A DNA stretch of 31,800 bases from Breznakia blatticola. GTDB lineage: Bacteria; Bacillota_I; Bacilli_A; Erysipelotrichales; Erysipelotrichaceae. The position numbers and the translations under genes were made by a program. Location: NCBI RefSeq assembly GCF_004365815.1, contig NZ_SODD01000028.1:1-31800 (forward strand), in the 5' to 3' direction. Of this stretch, positions 16,624 to 24,950 are shown in pieces (position 1 is the stretch's first letter; the number at the start of each line of letters is the position of its first letter). A model generated the notes under the pieces. That model was given only the letters and a program-made list of their open reading frames with translations. It made no database searches and was not told the origin of the DNA.

Positions 16624-17885
16624 TTGAACAAACAACTGTTCAACCCAAGGTACTATTAGTAGGTGTTTCTGAAAAAAAGACAAATGATTTTGAATATGCG
16701 ATGGATGAGTTAAAAAGTCTAGCAGAAGCAAATATGTTCTTTGTTGTAGATTCTATACAACAGAATAGTGAATCAGCTGATCGGAAAACATATGTAGGGA
16801 AAGGGAAATTAATTGAAATCAAAGAGTTTTGCGAGTATAACGAAATCGATAGCATCATTTTTAATGACGAGTTAACACCAAGCCAAACTAGAAATATTGA
16901 AGAGGTAGTCAATGATGTAGAAATCATGGACCGTACGCGTTTGATTTTAGATATCTTTGCACGAAGAGCACAAACCAAAGAAGCTAAGTTGCAAGTAATG
17001 ATTAGCTCACTTGAATACGAATTACCACGTTTAGGTGGAAGTTATGAAGCATTAAGTAGACAAGGAGGCAGTAGCACATTGCGCTCTAGAGGTGGTGGAG
17101 AAACGAAATTAGAAAGTGATCGTCGAGTGATAGAGGCTCAAATTGCAAAATATAGAAGAGAGCTAAAGAAACTCGTACAAGAAAGACAAACACAACGCAG
17201 CAAACGCAAGAAATCCAATACGAAAACTGTAGCTTTGGTTGGCTATACAAATGTTGGGAAAAGTACACTTATGAATGCACTGCTTGAAGAAGACAGTGAT
17301 AAAAAAGTGTATGTTGAAGATATGCTTTTTGCGACGCTACAAACAAGAGTTCGCAGGATAGAAATTGCAGATAAAAAATGGTGCTTACTTACAGATACGG
17401 TTGGATTTGTTGATAATTTACCACATCATTTAATTAAAGCGTTTCGTTCTACTTTGGAAGAAGTTAAGGAAGCAGATTTACTGTTGCATGTAATTGATAG
17501 TACAAGTCCACATATTAACCATCATAAACGCGTAACACTACAAACATTGCAAGCTATTGGAGTTGAAGATACGCCAATTTTAGAGGTTTATAACAAAGTA
17601 GATGAATCAAATGAGAATTATGATGAATCAATGAAAATTGCGATTTCTGCAAAAACTGGATATGGTATTGAGCGTTTAAAAAAAGAAATTACAAAATTAC
17701 TATATAAGGACTACAATGATTATCAATTGCTCATTCCGTATGAAATGGGAAATATCGTGCATATGCTAAGTGAACAATATGAGACCAAAATACTTGAAAA
17801 TCGTGAAGATGGAATTCTCTTAGAAACGAGTATTCCAAGCACTGTTGCAAATAAATATAAAATATATATAACAAAAACCATTTAG
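16620..17885 (+). CDS. hflX: GTPase HflX
   Basis: 421 aa. HflX N-domain (DRTRLILDIFARRAQTKEAKLQV), G1 GYTNVGKST, G3 DTVGF, G4 NKVD. ATGA overlap with the upstream gene. Confidence 0.95.
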   Translation: MIEQTTVQPKVLLVGVSEKKTNDFEYAMDELKSLAEANMFFVVDSIQQNSESADRKTYVGKGKLIEIKEFCEYNEIDSIIFNDELTPSQTRNIEEVVNDVEIMDRTRLILDIFARRAQTKEAKLQVMISSLEYELPRLGGSYEALSRQGGSSTLRSRGGGETKLESDRRVIEAQIAKYRRELKKLVQERQTQRSKRKKSNTKTVALVGYTNVGKSTLMNALLEEDSDKKVYVEDMLFATLQTRVRRIEIADKKWCLLTDTVGFVDNLPHHLIKAFRSTLEEVKEADLLLHVIDSTSPHINHHKRVTLQTLQAIGVEDTPILEVYNKVDESNENYDESMKIAISAKTGYGIERLKKEITKLLYKDYNDYQLLIPYEMGNIVHMLSEQYETKILENREDGILLETSIPSTVANKYKIYITKTI

Positions 17886-17895
17886 TGCAATCCAA

Positions 17896-17924
17896 TTAAC
17901 TTCCTTTTGTAAATCGCTTATAAT
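17896..17924 (+). promoter_or_regulatory. Putative sigma-A promoter
   Basis: TTAACT, a 17-bp spacer, then TATAAT (17919-17924). Confidence 0.5.
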
Positions 17925-17952
17925 AAGCTAAAGAAGAAGGAGAGGAAAGGAT

Positions 17953-18864
17953 ATGAGAATTTTAAATTATAGTGAATGGAAAGATACAGCATTGACACTA
18001 CATCAGCTTTCACAGATGTTAGGTAAGACGAAGTTAGCTTGGCTTGAGCCACAACCAGAGTGGAATCATTCGTTATTACAAATTAATGCAGATGGGTTCA
18101 CGACAGGACTGATTAGTAATGGAGTTAATAGTTTTGAAGTGAGAATTTGCTTAGAAGATGGAAAAGTTGAAGCACTAAACTTAAATGGTGGAAAAAGTTC
18201 TTTTTCGTTTGAGAGTGGAAAGTCAGTTGCCCAATATTATGAGATGTATAAAAAAATGCTAGAAGACGTCATGTGTCATACTAATATCTGTACAACACCA
18301 ATGGAAATGAGTATCACTACTCCATTTGAAAAAAATCATACAATTTTACATTATGATGCAACTTGCGCAAGAGATTTTCATCGGATGATGGCTTTTGCTT
18401 ATGAACAAGAATTAAAATTTGTTTCTTCGTTTAGAGGAAAGAAAATACTGCCAAGTTTTTTCTGGGGGACATTTGATATGTCTACAGTACTTTTTAGTGG
18501 GAAAGAAGAGCCTTTTCCATACAATGGATATATTGAAAAATCTGCATTTGATGAGCAAATGATTGAATTTGGTTTTTGGCCAGGTGATGATGTAGTTGAT
18601 GAACCAGCTTTCTTCATTTTACCGTATCCATTTATAACAAAAGATTTGACAGAAACACCAATTCAACCTAACAAAGCATATTATAGTAACGAAAAGGCAG
18701 AGTACTTTCTAACGTTACGAGATGCATTTAGTTATGATGATCCTGCACAAGCAGTTATTGATTTCTTTACTAGTGCATACAAGATCGTAACATATGGGAA
18801 AATAAGATTACTGTTAACGGAGGGTAGAGTTTTAACTACCCTTTTTTTATCGTTTACGTTATAA
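17953..18864 (+). CDS. DUF5996-like conserved hypothetical protein; the C-terminal ~20 codons are suspect
   Basis: The pattern EWKDTALTLHQ..GK, FFWGTFD and GFWPGDD matches my recollection of the DUF5996 family. The ORF reads through the terminator at 18822-18848. Confidence 0.65.
   Translation: MRILNYSEWKDTALTLHQLSQMLGKTKLAWLEPQPEWNHSLLQINADGFTTGLISNGVNSFEVRICLEDGKVEALNLNGGKSSFSFESGKSVAQYYEMYKKMLEDVMCHTNICTTPMEMSITTPFEKNHTILHYDATCARDFHRMMAFAYEQELKFVSSFRGKKILPSFFWGTFDMSTVLFSGKEEPFPYNGYIEKSAFDEQMIEFGFWPGDDVVDEPAFFILPYPFITKDLTETPIQPNKAYYSNEKAEYFLTLRDAFSYDDPAQAVIDFFTSAYKIVTYGKIRLLLTEGRVLTTLFLSFTL
18822..18848 (+). terminator. Intrinsic terminator lying inside the annotated 3' end of the DUF5996-like ORF
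   Basis: GGGTAG (18822-18827) pairs with CTACCC (18836-18841), followed by T7. Confidence 0.7.
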
Positions 18865-18886
18865 TGTCTAGGATAAGGCGGTTTTT

Positions 18887-19393
18887 ATGAATTTTTTAGA
18901 TGATAGTATTTTATATTTTATTAATGATAAATTGACAAATCCAAGGCGTGAACGCGTGATGCGTATCATTACTCGTCTTGGGGATTTTTGCTTTATTTGG
19001 ATCGCCTATGGAATTGTCGCATTTATAAGAGGTGAACGTGAACTATCATTTGCACTAGTTGGTGTAATGCTTTTTATTAATGCAATAAATAATGGCTTTA
19101 TAAAAGCAATTTTCAGAAGAAATCGTCCGTTTGAGGATCATCCAGATATTCATATTTCAATTCCAAATCCATATGGTTCATCATTTCCTTCTGGTCACAG
19201 TGCAAACGGATTTGGATGTGCAGTGATAATTATGCATTATTATCCGCAATTTGGCTTCTTCTCTTTAATATTTGCATCGCTTATCGCATTTTCTAGAATG
19301 TTTCTACGTGTACATTATTTTACAGATGTTGTTTTCGGAGCTATTGTGGGTACTTTAATTGGGATTGCGTATATTACAGTGATGATATTATGA
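18887..19393 (+). CDS. PAP2-family phosphatase (undecaprenyl-diphosphatase/BcrC-like)
   Basis: KxxxxxxRP (FRRNRPF), PSGHS and RVHYFTDV motifs. Multi-TM. Confidence 0.85.
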   Translation: MNFLDDSILYFINDKLTNPRRERVMRIITRLGDFCFIWIAYGIVAFIRGERELSFALVGVMLFINAINNGFIKAIFRRNRPFEDHPDIHISIPNPYGSSFPSGHSANGFGCAVIIMHYYPQFGFFSLIFASLIAFSRMFLRVHYFTDVVFGAIVGTLIGIAYITVMIL

Positions 19394-20331
19394 GACAATT
19401 ACATATATTTGAAAACGACGCATCACAACGATTGGATAAGTTCCTTCAAAAAACACTTCCGAAATTACCAAAAAGTTTAATGTACAAATACATTCGTAAT
19501 AAGAAGATAAAAGTAAATGGGAAACGTGCAATACCCGAAGCAAAGCTACATGTTGGAGATATAGTAACTCTATACATCAGCGAAGAATTCTTCGATAATC
19601 CTATTGATTATTCCTTTTTAGATGCACCAAAAACTCTTTCTATAATTTATGAAGATGATAATATTCTTATTATAGATAAACCGATTGGGTTACTTGTTCA
19701 TAGTGATATTAAAGAAGATAAAGATACATTAATTAATCGAATACTACATTATTTATATGAAAAAAAAGAATTTGATCCACTTCTGACACAAAGTTTTACG
19801 CCAGCGCTTGCACATCGATTGGATCGAAACACGCAAGGAATTATTATGGCAGCAAAAAATGCTACAGCATTAAGGCATTTGAATTTGTTAATCAAGCAAC
19901 GAGATATTGACAAGGTGTATGTAGCACTTGTAGAAGGAAAGCTATCTAATAAGCAAGGTGAACTTGTGCATTTTCATGAAAAGGATATACACGGGAATGT
20001 TAAAATAACTGATGCACCTATTTCTTCAAAAAGTAAGCAAGTACGACTAACTTACAAAGTGATAGAGAATTATAAAGATGCGCAACTTGTTGAAATTCAT
20101 TTAGAAACTGGAAAGTCACATCAAATTAGAGCACAATTTGCTGCAGTAGGGCATCCGCTTGTTGGTGACACCCGCTACAAAGCCAAAGCTAATAAAATGC
20201 CATATCAAGCGTTAGCTGCATCAAGAGTTATATTCCACAGTCAAAACGATCGAATTTTTTCATATCTAGCAGACGAAGAGTTTATAATAAAGGAAATCGA
20301 GTTTACAAAGTTTTATAAAACAAGTAAGTAA
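19390..20331 (+). CDS. RluA-family 23S rRNA pseudouridine synthase (RluC/D-like) with an N-terminal S4 domain
   Basis: Catalytic HRLDRNTQG and the later KSHQIRAQ motif. ATGA overlap with the upstream gene. Confidence 0.9.
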   Translation: MRQLHIFENDASQRLDKFLQKTLPKLPKSLMYKYIRNKKIKVNGKRAIPEAKLHVGDIVTLYISEEFFDNPIDYSFLDAPKTLSIIYEDDNILIIDKPIGLLVHSDIKEDKDTLINRILHYLYEKKEFDPLLTQSFTPALAHRLDRNTQGIIMAAKNATALRHLNLLIKQRDIDKVYVALVEGKLSNKQGELVHFHEKDIHGNVKITDAPISSKSKQVRLTYKVIENYKDAQLVEIHLETGKSHQIRAQFAAVGHPLVGDTRYKAKANKMPYQALAASRVIFHSQNDRIFSYLADEEFIIKEIEFTKFYKTSK

Positions 20332-20347
20332 TATTACTTGTTTTCTT
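20321..20347 (+). terminator. Intrinsic terminator of the PAP2/rluA operon
   Basis: CAAGTAA/TTACTTG stem with the stop codon in the loop, then TTTTCTT. Confidence 0.6.
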
Positions 20348-20431
20348 ATACGAAATCAATCTTATTATAAGAAAAAAACAATTATAAATTATTTATTAAA
20401 TTAAAATCCTACTATTAATACAGGAATTATG

Positions 20432-20459
20432 TTGACAAGTTTATAAAATGTGGTATATT
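20432..20459 (+). promoter_or_regulatory. Near-consensus promoter of the candidate ncRNA
   Basis: TTGACA (20432-20437), a 16-bp spacer, then TGgTATATT (20451-20459). Confidence 0.6.
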
Positions 20460-20465
20460 TGTATT

Positions 20466-20780
20466 AGGGAAGAGGAAAGGAAATGCATTTAAGCCTTTAA
20501 ATATAGCCGCAATCATGCGGCTATCAAGTAAGGTTTAAATCCTACCGAATTGAAAGGGAATATGGTGTATACCATTTCCCTGAATCAATTTAATATCTAT
20601 CGAATTTCAAAATTAATGAATTTCGATGTTATATAGGAAGATAGTGGATGTAACACAAAATGGAAGATAGGATTCGTTTTACTTAAAAGTGAAACATGTG
20701 TTACTAAATATGTAATATTAAATCGCATAGAAATATGCAAGAAAACAACCTTGGTGCCCTCCGAAGGTTTTTTCTTTTTT
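20466..20780 (+). ncRNA. Candidate structured non-coding RNA or long cis-regulatory leader (~315 nt); family not recognised
   Basis: It is bounded by its own promoter and by the terminator at 20747-20780. It has no credible ORF. At least six hand-foldable helices are present (20503-20524, 20555-20581, 20599-20627, 20650-20704, 20676-20695, 20725-20738). GGA motifs are numerous. Confidence 0.5.
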
Positions 20781-20826
20781 GGAGACTGTAATAATGGTAT
20801 ACTTTCATTACGAGAGGAGAACTTAA

Positions 20827-21744
20827 ATGAAACTTGAAATAAAAAATATACATAAAAGTTTTGATGGAACCGAGGTACTACATGGTGTAAGTTTTTATGC
20901 TACAGACGGAAGTGCACTTGGTTTGTTGGGGAGAAATGGTGCAGGAAAAACAACAACTATACGAATTTTGATGGGAGTTTTTCATGCAAATAGCGGAGAA
21001 GTGCTTTTAGATGGAGCTCCCTTTGACCCAAAATTGCATAAGATTGGATATATGCCTGAAGAACGAGGGATGTATCCAAAAAAGAAGGTAATGGAACAAC
21101 TTATTTACTTTGGTGAACTTAGAGGTATAAGTAAACATGAAGCTAAAGCAAATGCAACAAAGTTACTTGATAAACTTGGTATATCTGAATATACAAACAG
21201 AAAATTAGAAACACTTTCAAAAGGAAATCAACAAAAAGTACAACTTGTCCAAACACTAATTAATAATCCGCAAATTATTATTTTGGATGAACCATTTAGT
21301 GGACTTGACCCGGTGAATTCACAAATGTTAAAAGATTTGATAGAAGAAGAAATACAAAATGGGAAATTGGTTATCTTTTCAAGTCATCAAATGGGATATG
21401 TTGAAGAGTTTTGTAAGGATGTTGTGATTTTAAACAAAGGAAATGTAGTGCTTAAAGGCGAGTTACGAAGCATTCAAAAAGAATACGGAGATCAAAAACT
21501 AATCCTAAATGCTAATGGTATGACAACACAAGAACTAGCCAATATGCTTTCTCAACAAATGGTGGAGTGTATAACTATTGTTGAAGTGCGCAAAGATTAT
21601 GTAATATTTGAGATGCTTGAGAATTATGATAAAAAGTATATTGCTAAAAAGCTAATTGATATGGAAATTGATATAGATGTTTTTGGGGATTACAAACCAA
21701 CATTAACGGATATATTTGTGATGAAAGCGGGTGATGTAGAATGA
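20827..21744 (+). CDS. ABC transporter ATP-binding protein (ABC-2/NatA-like exporter)
   Basis: Walker A GRNGAGKTT, signature LSKGNQQK, Walker B IILDEPFSGLD. GAGAGGAGA RBS. Confidence 0.9.
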   Translation: MKLEIKNIHKSFDGTEVLHGVSFYATDGSALGLLGRNGAGKTTTIRILMGVFHANSGEVLLDGAPFDPKLHKIGYMPEERGMYPKKKVMEQLIYFGELRGISKHEAKANATKLLDKLGISEYTNRKLETLSKGNQQKVQLVQTLINNPQIIILDEPFSGLDPVNSQMLKDLIEEEIQNGKLVIFSSHQMGYVEEFCKDVVILNKGNVVLKGELRSIQKEYGDQKLILNANGMTTQELANMLSQQMVECITIVEVRKDYVIFEMLENYDKKYIAKKLIDMEIDIDVFGDYKPTLTDIFVMKAGDVE

Positions 21745-22985
21745 AACAGTTTTTACACATCTTAAAATGGGAATTTTTAAACTTAGTAAAAGCAAAAGCG
21801 TACATTATAACTACTGTGATCTTTGTAGTTATTGCTATTGTTGGTTTTTCAATACCAACAATAATTGGTGGTATTGGTGATGCAAACGCAGAAACAGCTG
21901 TTGTTGATCAAGATACGGAGAAAAAAGTATATGCCGTGTATGATCCAACGCAATTTCTAGATAATGCTGAAGATACAATGAAATTATATCTCCCAAATGT
22001 TACATTTGAGTATAAGGATTCTGTAAAAGCAATAAAAGACATGGTTGAAGATGATAAAGCAGATGCATCAATTGAAGTTAAGGCAAATGGAAATTTCACG
22101 TACTATGTAAAAAATAACAGTTTAACAGATTCATCGCCTTATGTACTACAAGAGTTATTCTCGCAAATCAAGCGAAATCACGCCTTTGAAGACGCCGGAA
22201 TTGATGCAAAACAAGTTATGGATATCTACTATGGAAATACAGTAAATGTAAATACGGTTAGTTTAGGTGTCGATGGAACCAACAGTATGATTTATACATT
22301 TCCGCTCATTATGCTAATTTATATGGTAGTTGTATTATATGGAAATATTGTTGCAACTACAGTAGCAAGTGAAAAAGGAAATCGAACAATGGAATTGTTA
22401 GTCACAAGTGCAAATCCAAATGCTTTAATTTTTGGGAAAGTCATTGCAGGTGTTCTAGCAGCAATTCTACAGGTTGGATTAATGTTAGGAGTATGTGTAG
22501 TATCATATTCTTTAAATAGAGAAAGTTGGGGAGGATTACTAGATTCTATATTAAATATTCCGATTGAAATTCTACTTTCATTTGCAGTGTTTGGAATCTT
22601 TGGATTTATCTTCTATGCATTTATCTTTGGTGCAATTGGAGCGCTGGTTTCAAAAAGTGAAGATGTTAACAGTAGTGCAACTCCAATGACATTTATTTTC
22701 TTGATTATATACTTTGTAGTGTATTTTGGAATTATGATTGATCCAAATGGTGCTATGTTTACAATCGCATCAATGGTTCCGTTAAGTTCTCCAATGGCTA
22801 TGTTTGCACGAATGGCCGTGGTTGATGTTCCACTCTACCAAGTTATCATTTCGTTGGTTCTATTAATTGGCTCGACAATACTTGTAGGTATAGCGGCAGC
22901 AAAAATATATCGTCGAGGAACATTAATGTATGGAAATCAAATTAAGTTATCACATGCAATAAAGTGGTTACGAAAAAAAGATTAA
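21741..22985 (+). CDS. ABC-2 family permease (NatB-like)
   Basis: 414 aa. One N-terminal TM, a large extracytoplasmic loop, then five or six TMs. ATGA overlap with the ATPase gene. Confidence 0.82.
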   Translation: MKQFLHILKWEFLNLVKAKAYIITTVIFVVIAIVGFSIPTIIGGIGDANAETAVVDQDTEKKVYAVYDPTQFLDNAEDTMKLYLPNVTFEYKDSVKAIKDMVEDDKADASIEVKANGNFTYYVKNNSLTDSSPYVLQELFSQIKRNHAFEDAGIDAKQVMDIYYGNTVNVNTVSLGVDGTNSMIYTFPLIMLIYMVVVLYGNIVATTVASEKGNRTMELLVTSANPNALIFGKVIAGVLAAILQVGLMLGVCVVSYSLNRESWGGLLDSILNIPIEILLSFAVFGIFGFIFYAFIFGAIGALVSKSEDVNSSATPMTFIFLIIYFVVYFGIMIDPNGAMFTIASMVPLSSPMAMFARMAVVDVPLYQVIISLVLLIGSTILVGIAAAKIYRRGTLMYGNQIKLSHAIKWLRKKD

Positions 22986-22991
22986 GTAACA

Positions 22992-23023
22992 AAAGACAAG
23001 TCTTAAATTGATTTGTCTTTTCT
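22992..23023 (+). terminator. Possible terminator after the ABC-2 operon
   Basis: AAAGACAA/TTGTCTTT 8-bp stem with a 13-nt loop and a weak T-tail. Confidence 0.4.
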
Positions 23024-23056
23024 AATACAATAAACGAATATTTCATCTAGAAATTG

Positions 23057-23084
23057 TTGCCAGTAAACATTATTCGTGTATAAT
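23057..23084 (+). promoter_or_regulatory. Putative rimO promoter
   Basis: TTGCCA, a 16-bp spacer, then TGTATAAT (-10 at 23079-23084). Confidence 0.5.
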
Positions 23085-23118
23085 CATATAAGATTACATA
23101 GGAAAGTAAGGTAGACAT

Positions 23119-24414
23119 ATGAAAGTAGGATTTATATCATTAGGATGTAGCAAAAATTTGGTTGATAGTGAAAATATTATGGGAATGTTTCGTGGAGTTC
23201 ATGAAATAGTGAATGATCCAAAAGAAGCAGAAGCGATAGTCATTAATACATGTGGATTTATCGAATCAGCAAAAACAGAAGCAATTAATACTATTTTAGA
23301 GATGGCAGAATACAAAAAGGCAAATTTAAAGAAACTAATTGTTGTTGGATGTCTTGCACAAAGATATAAAGATGAATTAGAAGCCGAAATTCCAGAAGTT
23401 GATGCTTTTGTTTCCATTAAAGAATATCCACATTTACATGAAATTTTAGAATATCATCTAGGTGAACCACTAAAAGTTTACAATAAAAATGAACGTTTGC
23501 TTTCAAGTAAACCATATACGGCATACATGAAAATAGCAGAAGGTTGTAGCAATTGTTGTACATTTTGTGCAATTCCTTTAATTCGTGGTGGAAATGTTTC
23601 TTATCCAAAAGCTGATCTTGTTGAACAAGCAAAAACACTTGCTAAATCAGGTGTGAAAGAATTGGTTTTAATAGCACAAGATACTACAAAGTATGGCTTG
23701 GATTTATATGGAAAACTTTCTTTACTTGATTTGCTTCAAGAACTAAATACAATTGATGGATTGCATTGGATTCGAATACTGTATATGTATCCAGATGAAA
23801 TTGAAGATTCATTAATTGATGGGATGAAGCAACTTGATAAAGTGATTCCGTATTTTGATATTCCAATGCAACACGCTAACAATGAGTTGTTAAAGCAAAT
23901 GAACCGTCGAGGAACAAAGGAAGCCGTAATGAATACCATTTCGAAAATACGTGAAACATGGAAACATCCAACACTAAGAACTACATTTATTGTAGGCTTT
24001 CCAGGAGAAAGTGATAGTGACTTTGAAGAACTATGTCAGTTTGTCAAAGATGCGCGTTGGGATCGAATGGGAGCTTTTACATATTCACCAGAAGAAGATA
24101 CAAAAGCATATGATATGGATCATCAAATTGATGATGCCACAGCACAAGCAAGGCTTGATCAATTGATGCGCCTACAAAAAGATATTGCACTTGAAAATAA
24201 TCGTGCATTTATCGGTGAAAGAGTAGAAGTACTCGTTGAATCACAAGAAGGATTAACTGGAAAATATAGAGGACGCAGTAAAATGAATGCGCCAGATGAA
24301 GTGGATGGTTTGGTGATTTTCACAAGTGATGAAGTGCTTTCTTTTGGAAGTTTCGTTACTGTAGAAATTACGGATGCACTTCCATATGACTTAATTGGAA
24401 AACATGTACAATAA
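23119..24414 (+). CDS. rimO: Ribosomal protein S12 methylthiotransferase RimO
   Basis: The N-terminus VGFISLGCSKNLVDSE is typical of RimO. Radical-SAM CSNCCTFC (CxxxCxxC) and a C-terminal TRAM-like domain. Confidence 0.9.
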   Translation: MKVGFISLGCSKNLVDSENIMGMFRGVHEIVNDPKEAEAIVINTCGFIESAKTEAINTILEMAEYKKANLKKLIVVGCLAQRYKDELEAEIPEVDAFVSIKEYPHLHEILEYHLGEPLKVYNKNERLLSSKPYTAYMKIAEGCSNCCTFCAIPLIRGGNVSYPKADLVEQAKTLAKSGVKELVLIAQDTTKYGLDLYGKLSLLDLLQELNTIDGLHWIRILYMYPDEIEDSLIDGMKQLDKVIPYFDIPMQHANNELLKQMNRRGTKEAVMNTISKIRETWKHPTLRTTFIVGFPGESDSDFEELCQFVKDARWDRMGAFTYSPEEDTKAYDMDHQIDDATAQARLDQLMRLQKDIALENNRAFIGERVEVLVESQEGLTGKYRGRSKMNAPDEVDGLVIFTSDEVLSFGSFVTVEITDALPYDLIGKHVQ

Positions 24415-24421
24415 TTTTGAA

Positions 24422-24451
24422 AGGTGCAATTCGTTTATTGTACCTTTTTTT
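24422..24451 (+). terminator. Intrinsic terminator of rimO
   Basis: AGGTGCAAT/ATTGTACCT 9-bp stem (one G-U pair) followed by T7. Confidence 0.7.
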
Positions 24452-24516
24452 ATGCATGCCTCAGGCTTTTTTATATCTCCATTTTTATGTATAATAAAAA
24501 TGGAGAAGGAAATATT

Positions 24517-24678
24517 ATGAAATTACTTAGTTATGTATTTATGTTATTAATCGTACTTGCGTTAGTTGTTATTATAAATGGGAATCCACATACAACAATG
24601 GGTTTTCTTATGATGTCAGTAGCTGCTGCGGTTATTGTTATTTCCTTAGTCGCAATGTATATTGTTTGGAAAGATTAG
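24517..24678 (+). CDS. Small hypothetical membrane protein (53 aa)
   Basis: GGAGAAGGA RBS and two hydrophobic helices. The ORF-track N-terminal extension overlaps the rimO terminator, so it was trimmed. Confidence 0.45.
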   Translation: MKLLSYVFMLLIVLALVVIINGNPHTTMGFLMMSVAAAVIVISLVAMYIVWKD

Positions 24679-24704
24679 ATAAAGTCGATAATTTCGACCT
24701 TTTT

Positions 24705-24947
24705 TTATGGGTTTGTGCTTTCAATAAACCAACGGTTAATTTCATAGAATATACTTCGTTCGCTTTTTCCAATACGGCAACGATATAAGATGCCACAACC
24801 ACCAACTTTACTTGCTGCTTTACGCACTTCCAATATTTTGTCGATTTTATATTTTGAACCATTGTTCCAAATAATATAAATGGGCGTTAGTGCGCCATGT
24901 TCATCGCACATCGTAATTACTTTTATATATTTCTTAAATAATTGCAT
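24705..24947 (-). CDS. Small conserved protein encoded downstream of the Y-family polymerase (YolD-like position; family not confirmed)
   Basis: 80 aa, starting 3 nt after the polymerase stop. This is the same operonic position as the small ORFs that follow umuC-like genes in Gram-positive SOS cassettes. Confidence 0.55.
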   Translation of the reverse strand: MQLFKKYIKVITMCDEHGALTPIYIIWNNGSKYKIDKILEVRKAASKVGGCGILYRCRIGKSERSIFYEINRWFIESTNP

Positions 24948-24950
24948 AGA

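Noticed and set aside
20562-20636. 24-codon ORF (MVYTISLNQFNIYRISKLMNFDVI) inside the candidate ncRNA
   Set aside because: The start codon is buried in the 11-bp helix at 20555-20581. The only SD-like AGGGA is 2 nt from the ATG. Nothing suggests a toxin or leader peptide. It is kept as non-coding.
20781-20826. TTGGAG at 20780-20785 as the -35 for the ABC operon promoter
   Set aside because: The spacing to TATACT would be only 13 bp. The promoter call instead rests on the extended -10 (TGgTATACT, 20795-20803) with a poor -35, so its independence from the upstream RNA unit remains uncertain.
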